Assembly (NCBI GenBank): GCA_045656765.1
Contig: JAZORU010000017.1
Coordinates: forward strand, 17,489 to 81,488
Direction of reading: 5' to 3'
From: Eubacteriales bacterium
GTDB taxonomy: Bacteria > Bacillota > Clostridia > Oscillospirales > CAG-272
Length of the DNA stretch: 64,000 nucleotides
Shown here: one piece after another, positions 9,690 through 19,535 of the stretch
How positions within the stretch are numbered: the first letter of the stretch is position 1
How the letters are laid out: each line of letters opens with the position of its first letter
Position numbers and translations under genes: made by a program
The notes under the pieces: generated by a model
What the model was told of the DNA's origin: nothing
The model's input: the letters and a program-made list of their open reading frames with translations, nothing else
The model's database searches: none

Positions 9690-11588
9690 TTATTCTTTAA
9701 ATGGTTTATATTTTATACCGCTCCAGGACATATCCAAATGCGAGGAGAATTCAAGCGTGTTCAGTCTGACACCGTGAACGATAACCGAAAGCACGTTGAG
9801 TATCATATTAAGTCCGTGTCCGAAGACGAGAAGGATAACTGCAAAGAGTATAAACATCAAATCTCCGAGCATTGGACTTGCGAGGTCGTTTACCGTGGCG
9901 GATATTGCTGCACCCGCAAGACCGACCGCCCACAGACGAATGTATGAGACGATGTCGGAGAAGATGTTGACGACTCCGAGAAGGACTGAAACGATGTTTT
10001 TAAGGCTTTCTACGATCGACTTGCCTATCTTTCCTTCGTAGTTTGAGAAAATGAAGTTTAAGACAAAGCCAGCGCCTATGCACGCTATTGCGAGAGCTCC
10101 GACGGGAACACCGCCTACGACAAGTCCGAGAGAGAACACCGCACCGTTTACGACGAGCGAGAGAACCACATAGAAAATTCCGCATAGCATAAGCACGGAG
10201 CCGATATCGCCGAGTGCTTTAAGCGACCTTATGTTTCTTACAGCCCCCATTATATGAGCGGCGGACAGCTGAACTAAAGCGAGTGCAAAGCAGAATATCT
10301 GCACGTTTTGCGTTGTCGTAAGCCCTGCCGTGCCGTCTGTCCACGGGGGATACCATATTGTGTCTGCATATACGTTTGATATCGGCGGAATCGAGAGAGC
10401 TTTGAGCCAAGAGGGAAGAAGCTCGGGGGAAAGACCAAACCACGTACAAGTAAGAGCACCCCAAAGCACCGTAGCTCCTCCAAGCAGGGCTATGAGCAAA
10501 AATGCGGGTGGGATTTCCTTTTTGGCAAGCACGCTTTTGAGTATGAGCGCACCCGCAACACCGCTTATAAGAAGCCCGTAGCCGCCGTCTCCGAAAATGA
10601 TTCCGAAGAACACAAGGATGAATCCCAAAAACCAGCTTGATATGTCGTATTCAAAGTATCCGGGAACAGTGCCGAGAAAGTCTGTCATCGGATATATGAG
10701 CGAGACGAACCTGTTGTTTTGAAGCTTTGTAGGAACGTTATCGTCGTGGGTAGGATCCTCGGCTATGAGTCCCCATGCGTGCTCTTTTGCCTCGGCTTTG
10801 AGCGTGTTGAGCTTATCCGACGGAATATAGCCCGTGAAGTATGAGATATCAAAGGGCTTATCCGTTTTATCGGATATGTTTTCTTTTTCTGCGGTTACGG
10901 CGTAATTTTCAAACTCCGTTTCCTTTGAAAGCACCTCTATCGTAGCTTTCATACTGCCGCTGTATGCGGCGCATCCGTCAAGCTCGGATTCAATTTCGCT
11001 GAGTCTTCCTTCGAGCCTTGCCTCTTCCTCTTGCATTTTTGCTACTGAAAGCTCGGGCATAGGCGTTCTGTAGGCCTCAAGAGTCTCGGGGACTTGGTTG
11101 ATACACACGAAGCGAACCGAAGCCTTCGTTTTTGAAAGAGGGAGCGCCTTTATATCCTCACCGAGCTTTTTATACTCGGAGAGCGGCATTTCGTAAAGTG
11201 AGAGGGAAATACCGTCGCTCTCAAGCGATGCAAGAGAGTCTGGGTCAAGCTCGCCCCAAGCTTTGATCTTGTCAAGCTCTGACGCAATTGACGCAAGTCT
11301 TGCGTGACAGCTTGATTTTTCTCCTTCAAGCTCGGATATTCTATCCGCTATTCTGAGAGCTTCGGCGGTGTCCGCCTCTTTTATTTCGGTGCATTTTTTC
11401 GCCCTGTCTTCAACCGAATATATCGCTCCTTCAAGCTTTGCCGTTTGTTCGGTGAGCAAGCGAAGCGTGTCGCTCGTTCCCGTCTTCATTTCTATATGAA
11501 GGACGCCGAGTGCTCTGAGCTTTGTGAGGGTACGTCTTACAGAGTTATGCGTCAGGATAAGAGTGACCTTTTTCATAGGTACTATCAT
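9690..11588 (-). CDS. atpI: V-type ATPase subunit I (a)
   Basis: MIVPMKKV start, PGYFEYD, FGDGGYG, SDIVSYIRLWAVGLA, HGVRLNTLEF. Confidence 0.93.
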   Translation of the reverse strand: MIVPMKKVTLILTHNSVRRTLTKLRALGVLHIEMKTGTSDTLRLLTEQTAKLEGAIYSVEDRAKKCTEIKEADTAEALRIADRISELEGEKSSCHARLASIASELDKIKAWGELDPDSLASLESDGISLSLYEMPLSEYKKLGEDIKALPLSKTKASVRFVCINQVPETLEAYRTPMPELSVAKMQEEEARLEGRLSEIESELDGCAAYSGSMKATIEVLSKETEFENYAVTAEKENISDKTDKPFDISYFTGYIPSDKLNTLKAEAKEHAWGLIAEDPTHDDNVPTKLQNNRFVSLIYPMTDFLGTVPGYFEYDISSWFLGFILVFFGIIFGDGGYGLLISGVAGALILKSVLAKKEIPPAFLLIALLGGATVLWGALTCTWFGLSPELLPSWLKALSIPPISNVYADTIWYPPWTDGTAGLTTTQNVQIFCFALALVQLSAAHIMGAVRNIRSLKALGDIGSVLMLCGIFYVVLSLVVNGAVFSLGLVVGGVPVGALAIACIGAGFVLNFIFSNYEGKIGKSIVESLKNIVSVLLGVVNIFSDIVSYIRLWAVGLAGAAISATVNDLASPMLGDLMFILFAVILLVFGHGLNMILNVLSVIVHGVRLNTLEFSSHLDMSWSGIKYKPFKE

Positions 11589-12217
11589 ACCGTGAACACC
11601 TCCTCTGCAGACGCGGTTTTAGTTCTTTGCGCTATTTTGCTTTTTGAAATTTTTGAGCGTACTACTGCGCTTACCTGCTGATCTGCCATATATATCGAAA
11701 TCTTTTTGATGTTTTTCTGGGTTTCGGGTATTTTCACCTTTTCAAAAAGATTTACACGCTGAGAGGTTGCCCGAAGCTCTGCTTCAAGCAGGCGCACCTG
11801 CTCAAAGAGCACCTCTGCTTCAAGGTCAAGCTCAAGCGCCTTTTGCATATGGTCTGCCGCAATATCTACCCAAAGCGGCGTTTCGTACAGGTCGTAGTCC
11901 CCGCGGGAAAAGTCTGCACCCTCATAAGTGGGGATGCTGACGCCTGCTATGTTTCCCGTGCCTTTTCTGATGTTGCTTACTTTGACTATTCCTTCGGTAA
12001 ATGCTTCCTTTTCGCTGAAAACGGATATCCAAGAGCGAAATCCTCGCTCAAGCTCCTCTTTTTCTTGCTTTACCTTTTTGGCTTTCGCTTCTATCTCGCG
12101 TATTTCGGATTGAAGCTGCTGCTTTTTAAGTGTCAGAGTAGGCAAATATCTGCGGTACATTTTCAGGGCGTCTTTTTGGACTTTCAGCTCATTTTTTGTA
12201 AGCTTGATTTTTGCCAA
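11585..12217 (-). CDS. atpD: V-type ATPase subunit D
   Basis: YLPTLTLKKQQL, TSQRVNLFEKVKIP. Confidence 0.93.
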   Translation of the reverse strand: MAKIKLTKNELKVQKDALKMYRRYLPTLTLKKQQLQSEIREIEAKAKKVKQEKEELERGFRSWISVFSEKEAFTEGIVKVSNIRKGTGNIAGVSIPTYEGADFSRGDYDLYETPLWVDIAADHMQKALELDLEAEVLFEQVRLLEAELRATSQRVNLFEKVKIPETQKNIKKISIYMADQQVSAVVRSKISKSKIAQRTKTASAEEVFTV

Positions 12218-12231
12218 TGAAAACGCACCTC

Positions 12232-13527
12232 CTATTTTTTGGGCCAGAATTTATCGGTAAGCTCGGTCTTTATACCCGTTTCATCCTTTTCAAAGCATTC
12301 GCCGAGAATCTCCCAGCCGGTATCAAGCGCTTCCTCAAGCGGCATATTTACCGACAGGTCCATGAGCCTTTCCTCGAAAAGCTCGCCGTAGCGAAGAAGC
12401 TTCTCGTCCCAGCGGCTCATCATAAAGCCCATGTTCTTCTTTTCAAGAGTATCCTTGTATGAGGAATAAAGACGAATCATCGAGTCCATAAGCGCTCTGT
12501 GATCGGCTCTCGTTTTGCCGTTGACGTTCTGCTTAAGACGCGAAAGCGAGCCGAAGGGCTCTATTCTGCCGCCCTTGAGGTAATACTGTCCTTCGGTAAT
12601 ATATCCCGTGTTGTCGGGAACGGGGTGAGTTACGTCGTCACCCGGCATAGTGGTTACTGCAAGCACCGTGACAGAGCCCGAATTATCGAAGTCGACCGCC
12701 TTTTCATATCTTGACGCAAGCTGAGAGTAAAGGTCTCCCGGGTAACCTCTGTTTGAGGGAACTTGCTCCTGCGTTATCGCAATTTCCTTCATTGCATCGG
12801 CGAAGTTCGTCATATCGGTAAGAAGCACGAGCACGTCCTTGTCCTGAAGGGCAAACTGCTCGGCGACTGCCAGCGCCATATCGGGTATCATCATACATTC
12901 AACCGTCGGGTCGGATGCTGTGTGAATAAACATTACGGTTTTAGAAAGAGCACCGCCTTGTGCAAGCGTTTCCTTGAAATAGAGGAAATCGTCGTATTTA
13001 AGTCCCATGCCGCCGAGAACTATGACGTCGGCTTCAGCCTGCATTGCAATACGCGCAAGCAGCTGGTTATACGGCTCTCCCGAAATTGAGAATATCGGGA
13101 GCTTTTGGCTTACCACGAGCGTGTTGAACATATCTATCATAGGGATATTTGTTCTCAGCATTCGGTTGGCAAGTATTCTTTTCGTCGGATTGACGGAAGG
13201 GCCGCCTATCGTCGTCATGTTGTCCTTAAGGAAAGGCCCCTTGTCTCTCGGCTTGCCCGAGCCGTTGAAGATTCTGCCAAGCAGGTCTTCCGAGAATGAT
13301 ACACGCATTTCGTGCCCCAAAAACCTTATTTCGTCACCCGTTGAGATACCCTGACCGCCTGCAAATACCTGCAGAGATACGATATCTCCGTCTATTTTGT
13401 TTACGCTTGCAAGAGACTTTCCAAAGCGTGTGCTTATCTCTGCAAGCTCGTTATAACGCACGCCTTGTGCGTGTACGGTTATTACGTTTCCTACGATGGA
13501 TTCGATACGGTTAAATACTTTATTCAT
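12232..13527 (-). CDS. atpB: V-type ATPase subunit B
   Basis: [45 protein letters not shown]. Confidence 0.95.
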   Translation of the reverse strand: MNKVFNRIESIVGNVITVHAQGVRYNELAEISTRFGKSLASVNKIDGDIVSLQVFAGGQGISTGDEIRFLGHEMRVSFSEDLLGRIFNGSGKPRDKGPFLKDNMTTIGGPSVNPTKRILANRMLRTNIPMIDMFNTLVVSQKLPIFSISGEPYNQLLARIAMQAEADVIVLGGMGLKYDDFLYFKETLAQGGALSKTVMFIHTASDPTVECMMIPDMALAVAEQFALQDKDVLVLLTDMTNFADAMKEIAITQEQVPSNRGYPGDLYSQLASRYEKAVDFDNSGSVTVLAVTTMPGDDVTHPVPDNTGYITEGQYYLKGGRIEPFGSLSRLKQNVNGKTRADHRALMDSMIRLYSSYKDTLEKKNMGFMMSRWDEKLLRYGELFEERLMDLSVNMPLEEALDTGWEILGECFEKDETGIKTELTDKFWPKK

Positions 13528-15299
13528 TAGTTTTCACCGCCTTCAGAAAACTTTTTTGCATCCTTTGAAGTATGTCCGCATCCGTCAGCGTAAAGACTGT
13601 CTATTTCAGCCTCGGCTGACTCGAACTCGGCACTTTCAAATTTCGTGTAGTTCCAGTCGATAAACTTTTGTCTCATGCGGTTAAAGAAGCTTCTTGCACT
13701 GTCCTTGTCGGATAGCTCGTAGTCGCTTAAAAGAATCTTTATAAGCTTATCTGTTACGTAACGCTGACGTGCAACCGAGCAGTCGGCTTCCGTTTCGTCA
13801 AACGAGTTTTGCTGCAGATATACAGAGTCGAGAAGCTCACTCTTAAGATACAGCACGTAGTCGGGGATGCTCGTGCCTTCCTCACCCACGACTTTCATCA
13901 TAGAGCCTATCTCGTCGCCTGCGTGAAGAATACCTTTGCAGTATTCCGACTTTTCTTTATCAATTACACTGTTATACTTCGACCAGGAAATAAGCGGGTC
14001 GATAGCGGGGTATTTTCTTGCATCCGAGCGTTCTCTTGAAAGACCGTGGAAAGCTCCGACGACCTTAAGCGTCGCCTGAGTTACAGGCTCTTCGAAGTTA
14101 CCGCCCGCGGGAGAAACGGTACCGCCTATCGTGACAGAGCCCGTGCTTCCGTCGGAAAGTACCACGTAGCCCGCGCGCTCGTAGAATGCCGCAATATAAG
14201 ACTCAAGATAAGCAGGGAAAGCTTCCTCACCGGGTATTTCCTCAAGTCTGCCCGACATCTCGCGCAATGCCTGTGCCCAGCGCGACGTAGAGTCTGCAAG
14301 CAGAAGCACGTGCAGTCCCATCTGTCTGTAATATTCTGCAAGAGTTACCGAGGTGTATACAGACGCTTCACGGCTCGCAACGGGCATTGATGAGGTGTTG
14401 CATATAATTATGGTTCGCTCCATAAGCGAGCGGCCGGTTCTTGGGTCGGTGAGCTCGGGAAACTCGGTTATAGTTTCAACTACCTCACCTGCGCGCTCAC
14501 CGCACGCGGCGATAATAACTATATCGACGTCAGCATATTTGCTCGTCGTGTGCTGAAGCACTGTCTTTCCTGCTCCGAATGGTCCTGGGATACAGTAGGT
14601 ACCGCCCTTAGCAACGGGGAAGAAGGAGTCTATGAGGCGTACCTTCGTCTCAATAGTCTCGGTCGGAGCAAGGCGCTCCTTGTAGCAGGTTACCGCACGC
14701 TTAACAGGCCACTTAAACGACATAGTAAGAGGTATTTCGTTTCCTCTTGCGTCAACTATAACCGCAACCGTATCGGCTAAGGTGTACTCTCCTGCCTCTA
14801 CGATGCTCTTTACCTTGTACGTACCGAGAAGATAAAACGGCACGAATATTTTATGCAGGAAAGCACCTTCGGGAACTGTTCCTATATAATCTCCCGCGCA
14901 AAGAGTATCGTCTATATTTGCGGTTGGGGTAAAAGCCCACTTTTTCTCTTTGTCAAGTGCCGCCGCGTAAACGCCTCTCTTCAAAAACCAGCCCGCACGC
15001 TCTGCAAGCTCGGGAAGGGGATTTTGAAGTCCGTCGTATATCTGACCGAGAAGTCCAGGACCGAGCTCTGCCGAGAGCATATCTCCCGTGAACTCGACCT
15101 CGTCTCCGCACTTGATACCGCCCGTCATTTCATAGACCTGTATTTGCGCCACGTTTCCGCGTATACGGATAACCTCGCTTTTAAGTGACGTACCGTCTGC
15201 CTTTACGTAGCATATCTCGTTCATCGAAACGTTACCGTCAAAGCTGACTGATAACAGGTTTCCGTTGACCGATAAAACTTTTCCTGTAGTATGGTTCAT
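13527..15299 (-). CDS. atpA: V-type ATPase subunit A
   Basis: Walker [41 protein letters not shown]. Confidence 0.96.
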   Translation of the reverse strand: MNHTTGKVLSVNGNLLSVSFDGNVSMNEICYVKADGTSLKSEVIRIRGNVAQIQVYEMTGGIKCGDEVEFTGDMLSAELGPGLLGQIYDGLQNPLPELAERAGWFLKRGVYAAALDKEKKWAFTPTANIDDTLCAGDYIGTVPEGAFLHKIFVPFYLLGTYKVKSIVEAGEYTLADTVAVIVDARGNEIPLTMSFKWPVKRAVTCYKERLAPTETIETKVRLIDSFFPVAKGGTYCIPGPFGAGKTVLQHTTSKYADVDIVIIAACGERAGEVVETITEFPELTDPRTGRSLMERTIIICNTSSMPVASREASVYTSVTLAEYYRQMGLHVLLLADSTSRWAQALREMSGRLEEIPGEEAFPAYLESYIAAFYERAGYVVLSDGSTGSVTIGGTVSPAGGNFEEPVTQATLKVVGAFHGLSRERSDARKYPAIDPLISWSKYNSVIDKEKSEYCKGILHAGDEIGSMMKVVGEEGTSIPDYVLYLKSELLDSVYLQQNSFDETEADCSVARQRYVTDKLIKILLSDYELSDKDSARSFFNRMRQKFIDWNYTKFESAEFESAEAEIDSLYADGCGHTSKDAKKFSEGGEN

Positions 15300-15850
15300 T
15301 TTAAAACCTCCTGCTCCTCACCTATAATGGAGCTGTATATATTTCTGTAGGCTTGCTCTCCCTTGCCCGTGTCAAAGCGCGCTATTCTCCAAAGGAGCTT
15401 GAGCCGTAATGCGTAATAAAATACGGCGTCGTCCGAGAAAGCATCCGCGGGACGAAGCGATTCAAGAAATTCCAAACGGTATTTTGATAAAAGCATTTCC
15501 GCTTCGAGAGGGTCGGTGCACTCAATCGCTGCCTTTGCGGTTTGAAGCAGAGCAACCGATGCATCATTCACTTCCATGTCAAAGGGTTTGTTCATCTTCT
15601 TGGCACGCAAAGCACCGAGAATGATACGAAGCTTCCTTTCACCGTCATAAAACGCACGAAGCAGAGGAGAGTGTGCACACTCTCCCTCTTTTTTTGGTGT
15701 AAGCGTCAGTCCGCTTACATCCGTTTGAGCCTTTTTGGGCATAAGGGCCCGACACAGCTCAAAAAATCTTTCTTCGGTTATGGGCGGTTCTGCGTGCTCC
15801 GGCAGAGCGTCAAGTGACGGAAGCTGTGCTATCAAATAATACTGACTCAT
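15296..15850 (-). CDS. DUF2764 family protein (V-ATPase subunit C-like)
   Basis: YYLIAQLPSL start and position between subunits E and A. Confidence 0.8.
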   Translation of the reverse strand: MSQYYLIAQLPSLDALPEHAEPPITEERFFELCRALMPKKAQTDVSGLTLTPKKEGECAHSPLLRAFYDGERKLRIILGALRAKKMNKPFDMEVNDASVALLQTAKAAIECTDPLEAEMLLSKYRLEFLESLRPADAFSDDAVFYYALRLKLLWRIARFDTGKGEQAYRNIYSSIIGEEQEVLK

Positions 15851-16458
15851 TCTGCCTCAGCCTCTTTCATAAGAGCAGTGACCTTTGGGTTCAGATATGC
15901 GCTGAGCATATCTACTACCGCATCCTTTGAGTAGTCGTAGTATACGCTCTCTCCGTTTGCCGTGATCCTGAATCCGCCGTCGAAGCTGTCCGAGGGGGTA
16001 AGGATTACGCCCGAAATGAGTTTTTCCTTAAAAGCTTTGAGAAGGGTAGCTTCAAGTGCATCAATATCCTTTTGGTTGAGAAGCACCGTAACGTCGTCGG
16101 TATTCGTATTTTTCGTCCACGCCTCGACCGCGCAAACGATAAGCTTGTCAAGTGACGCGGCGTTTGCTTTGTCCGTGTTCTCGCGCAGTACTGAATCAAG
16201 CTCTCGTGCAACGCTTTCTCTGAAGGAAAGAAGCAGATTTCTGCCTGCCTGACGTATAGCGTCTTCGCTCGAGCGAACGGTGCGCTCACATTCCGACGTT
16301 GCCTTTTCAACAAGCTTTTTTGCTTTTTCTTTTGCTTCGGATATAATTCTTTCCGACTCGGCGTTTGCAGCCTCGATTATTTTTGCGGCTTCGTTTTGTG
16401 CCTCTGCGACACCGTCTTTTTTTATCTGTTCGATAAGCTCCCCAAGCTGTATTTCCAT
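15847..16458 (-). CDS. atpE: V-type ATPase subunit E
   Basis: QLGELIEQIKKDGV coiled coil, GGFRI..YYDYS, YLNPKV; first gene of the operon. Confidence 0.88.
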   Translation of the reverse strand: MEIQLGELIEQIKKDGVAEAQNEAAKIIEAANAESERIISEAKEKAKKLVEKATSECERTVRSSEDAIRQAGRNLLLSFRESVARELDSVLRENTDKANAASLDKLIVCAVEAWTKNTNTDDVTVLLNQKDIDALEATLLKAFKEKLISGVILTPSDSFDGGFRITANGESVYYDYSKDAVVDMLSAYLNPKVTALMKEAEAE

Positions 16459-16605
16459 AGCTTTTTTCTCCTTGTTTTACAAAAATACATTATAATGTAT
16501 ATTATACAACTTTTTTGCGGTTTTTGTCAACCTTTTTATGCAATATTTACCAACATTTACAGTGAAAACATAAAAAACCAATCAACAACTTTTTTTGCTT
16601 GCATA

Positions 16606-16634
16606 TTGCTTTTTGACGAGTCTGATGTTATAAT
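16606..16634 (+). promoter_or_regulatory. Sigma-A promoter of the GT2-GtrA gene
   Basis: TTGCTT-17-TGnTATAAT. Confidence 0.65.
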
Positions 16635-16710
16635 AAATTTGAGCGTTATAAGTTGTTGCGTCAACCGCTGACAGAGCGGTTGCAAATCGAACTGACGCAA
16701 GGGGGTACAT

Positions 16711-17778
16711 ATGAAAAATGCAATCCCGATAATTATACCGTCGCTTGAGCCCGACGATCGTTTGACGCAGCTTGTCGACGAGCTTCTCGCGGAAGCTCTT
16801 GAACCTATAATTATAGTTGATGACGGAAGTGGACAGGGATACTTTGATATTTTTGACTCGCTTTCAAAAAAAGGGTGCACCGTTCTCCGCCACGACGTAA
16901 ATCGCGGCAAGGGCAGGGCACTTAAAACTGCGTTTGAATACTGCCTTGATAAATACCCTGATATGATAGGATGTATCACGGCAGACTCTGACGGTCAGCA
17001 CTCTCCCGAATGTATTAAAAAGTGTCGTGAGGCACTTTTGGACAATTCTGATTCACTTATACTCGGCGTGCGTGATTTCAGCGGAGAGGACGTTCCACCG
17101 AAGAGCCGTTTCGGCAACAATCTTACAAAAAAGATATGCAAAACGCTTTGCGGTGTCAGCGTAAGTGATACTCAGACCGGATTGCGCGGTATTCCAGCTT
17201 CGTTTATGCGTGAGCTTTTGTCTCTCGACGGCGAGCGCTTTGAGTTTGAGACGAGGATGCTGATAGCAACGAAGGGTAAGCATCCAATAACCGAAGTTCC
17301 GATAAAGACGATATATGACTCAAGAGACAATCACTCGACGCACTTTAATCCCATAAAGGATTCTGTCAGAATATACAGTATCTTTTTCGGAGAGCTTGTG
17401 AAGTTTCTCGTTTCGTCGGTTTCTTCCTGCGTGATAGACCTTGCTTTGTTCTGGCTTTTCTGCCGTATGCTTGACGGCGGCGGGGACAGTAAGATGTACG
17501 TTATGGCGGCGGGGGCTTTGGCTCGCGTTATATCCGCTACCTATAACTATCTTGTGAATTATGCGGTGGTTTTCAAAAGCAAGGGCTCGCACAAAAAGAC
17601 GGCTCTGCGCTATTTTTGCCTTGCTGCCGTTCAGCTTTGTATAAGCACGGGTGCGGTGACGGGTATTTTGCATTTGCTGCCGTTTTTGCCCGAGCTTGCC
17701 GTGAAGATTCCGGTAGATTTGACTTTGTTTTTTGTCAGTTATCTCGTTCAGCGCAGATTCGTATACGAAAAAAAATAA
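16711..17778 (+). CDS. GT2 glycosyltransferase fused to a GtrA-type flippase
   Basis: VDDGS, NRGKGRALK, DSDGQH, DTQTGLR, RFEFE; hydrophobic C-terminal GtrA domain. Confidence 0.9.
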   Translation: MKNAIPIIIPSLEPDDRLTQLVDELLAEALEPIIIVDDGSGQGYFDIFDSLSKKGCTVLRHDVNRGKGRALKTAFEYCLDKYPDMIGCITADSDGQHSPECIKKCREALLDNSDSLILGVRDFSGEDVPPKSRFGNNLTKKICKTLCGVSVSDTQTGLRGIPASFMRELLSLDGERFEFETRMLIATKGKHPITEVPIKTIYDSRDNHSTHFNPIKDSVRIYSIFFGELVKFLVSSVSSCVIDLALFWLFCRMLDGGGDSKMYVMAAGALARVISATYNYLVNYAVVFKSKGSHKKTALRYFCLAAVQLCISTGAVTGILHLLPFLPELAVKIPVDLTLFFVSYLVQRRFVYEKK

Positions 17779-17780
17779 AA

Positions 17781-17819
17781 CAACAAAAAGAACGCTCGGC
17801 AGAGCGTTCTTTTTTGTTG
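17781..17819. terminator. Bidirectional terminator
   Basis: CAACAAAAAGAACGCTC-ggca-GAGCGTTCTTTTTTGTTG. Confidence 0.85.
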
Positions 17820-17832
17820 GCAGATAGACTTT

Positions 17833-18615
17833 TTATTCCATTTCTTTGCGAAGCGCGGCAAGTATCTTTTTTTCCTCTCTTGATATTTTGACCTGAGAGA
17901 GCGACAGTACCTCTGCCGTTTTTTGCTGAGACATGTCGCGAAAGTACCTGCATACTACGATCTGTCTCCACAGTGGCGGGAGCTTCGATATAGCTTCCGA
18001 GAGAGCTATTTTATCAAACTCGCGCTCGCAGGCATCCGTGTCGCATAGCCTGCTTTCCACGCTTATCTTTTCATCGTCAAAAACGGGCTCTCCGAGCATA
18101 GTGACAGGGCTTACCGCTTCAAGTGCGTCGGATGCGTCGGCAGGTGTTATTCCGAGCATTTCGGCAAGCTCAGCTATACCGGGTTCAGTACCCCTCTCGG
18201 ATATTATTTTTTCTCTCGTTCGAAGAAGCTCTGCTCCGAGCCGTTTTTGCTCACGGCCTACCTTTATGAGTCCGTCATCCCGTAAAAATCTTCGTATCTC
18301 TCCCATAATAAGAGGTACTGCGTAGGTTGAAAAGGCACAGCCGCGCTCAGCGTCAAACGAACGCACGGCACGTATCATACCGATGCTTCCTATCTGAAAA
18401 AGGTCGTCGAAATCAACCCCTCGCCCGAGAAAGCGCGTTGCTATTTTTCGCACGAGCCCTGCGTTTTGCTCGCAGAGCAGCGACAGTGCTCTATCGTCTC
18501 CCGACTGTGCCCGTACTACGAGCGAAATATTCTCCGAATAGTCACATTTTTCATGCTTTTGTGTATAGTGCTCATTTTCTGACTCACAGTTTGGTGCTTG
18601 CTTTAAAACATTCAT
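17833..18615 (-). CDS. sigF: Sporulation sigma factor SigF
   Basis: DLFQIGSIG, FSTYAVPLIMGEIRRFLRDDGLIKV, SQVKISREEKKIL; third gene of spoIIA. Confidence 0.9.
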   Translation of the reverse strand: MNVLKQAPNCESENEHYTQKHEKCDYSENISLVVRAQSGDDRALSLLCEQNAGLVRKIATRFLGRGVDFDDLFQIGSIGMIRAVRSFDAERGCAFSTYAVPLIMGEIRRFLRDDGLIKVGREQKRLGAELLRTREKIISERGTEPGIAELAEMLGITPADASDALEAVSPVTMLGEPVFDDEKISVESRLCDTDACEREFDKIALSEAISKLPPLWRQIVVCRYFRDMSQQKTAEVLSLSQVKISREEKKILAALRKEME

Positions 18616-18630
18616 TTTAAACTTTTTGAG

Positions 18631-19077
18631 CTAAGCACGGCTTCTCAGCTTTTTCGTCATGCTTACTCTCGTTCCCTTTCCCTTTTGAGAGAACACTTTT
18701 ACATCTCCCATAAAGCTTTCCATAACAGAAAAGCCCATACCGCTTCGCTCGCCCGTTGTATCCGTGGTAAAAAGAGGTGAGCGAGCCATTTCGACGTCCT
18801 CGATGCCGCACCCTCTGTCGCGCACGTCTATCCGCAGAGAACGGTCTGAGTATATGGCAGCTGTTATGTAAATTATCCCGCCGAGGTTTTTGTATGCGTG
18901 AACGATACAGTTTGTAACCGCCTCGCTCACCGAGCATTTTATATCTGCAAGTTCTTCAATTGTAGGGTCTGCCTGTGTGCAAAAGCTGCCGACAACGGCA
19001 CGGGCTACCCCTTCGTTTACAGATATTGCGGGCAGGGTGAGCTTCATTATATTAGTTTGTTCCTTCTTTGCTTTCAT
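18631..19077 (-). CDS. spoIIAB: Anti-sigma F factor
   Basis: NEGVAR, SEAVTNCIVHAY, DRGCGI, ERSGMGFSVME. Confidence 0.95.
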   Translation of the reverse strand: MKAKKEQTNIMKLTLPAISVNEGVARAVVGSFCTQADPTIEELADIKCSVSEAVTNCIVHAYKNLGGIIYITAAIYSDRSLRIDVRDRGCGIEDVEMARSPLFTTDTTGERSGMGFSVMESFMGDVKVFSQKGKGTRVSMTKKLRSRA

Positions 19078-19095
19078 TTTCCTTTTTTATCCTTT

Positions 19096-19425
19096 CTAAA
19101 CCGCCCTTGACGCGAAGTCAAACATTTTGTCAGCCCCCGCAAGCGAGAGTATTTTCATAATTCTTTCGCTGCATCCGCAAAGGACGAGCTTTATACCTAA
19201 ATCCTTTGCTCTTTGGTATCTTCCGAGCAACAGTCCAAGCCCCGATGAGTCCATAAAATCTATTCCCGACAGGTCGAGAAACAGAATCTCGGGGCGGTTG
19301 ATATACATTTCGTTGTCTATGCGCTCACGCAAGGTTCTTGCGCTATGATGGTCTATATCTCCCTTTGGGGAGATAGTCAGCTTCGCTCCGTCACAGCTGA
19401 CTGTGATTTTAGATGTTTTCAACAT
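19096..19425 (-). CDS. spoIIAA: Anti-anti-sigma F factor (STAS)
   Basis: GDIDHHSA, FMDSSGLGLLLGRY. Confidence 0.93.
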   Translation of the reverse strand: MLKTSKITVSCDGAKLTISPKGDIDHHSARTLRERIDNEMYINRPEILFLDLSGIDFMDSSGLGLLLGRYQRAKDLGIKLVLCGCSERIMKILSLAGADKMFDFASRAV

Positions 19426-19476
19426 AGAATTTCCTTTCTTTAGAGATATGCGTTTTATCTATATTCCATACTAACA

Positions 19477-19516
19477 CAAAAGCCCTGCACAATTTGTCGC
19501 AAATTGTGCAGGGCTT
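19477..19516 (-). terminator. comM terminator hairpin, overlapping the likely spoIIA promoter
   Basis: Perfect 17-bp stem AAGCCCTGCACAATTTG-tcg-CAAATTGTGCAGGGCTT. Confidence 0.75.
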
Positions 19517-19535
19517 AAATATTTGTTTTTCGGTT

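Noticed and set aside
9039-16700. tRNA-Ser-anchored genomic island carrying the V-ATPase
   Set aside because: No duplicated tRNA 3' end or integrase at the far side; only the HGT inference from gene order was kept
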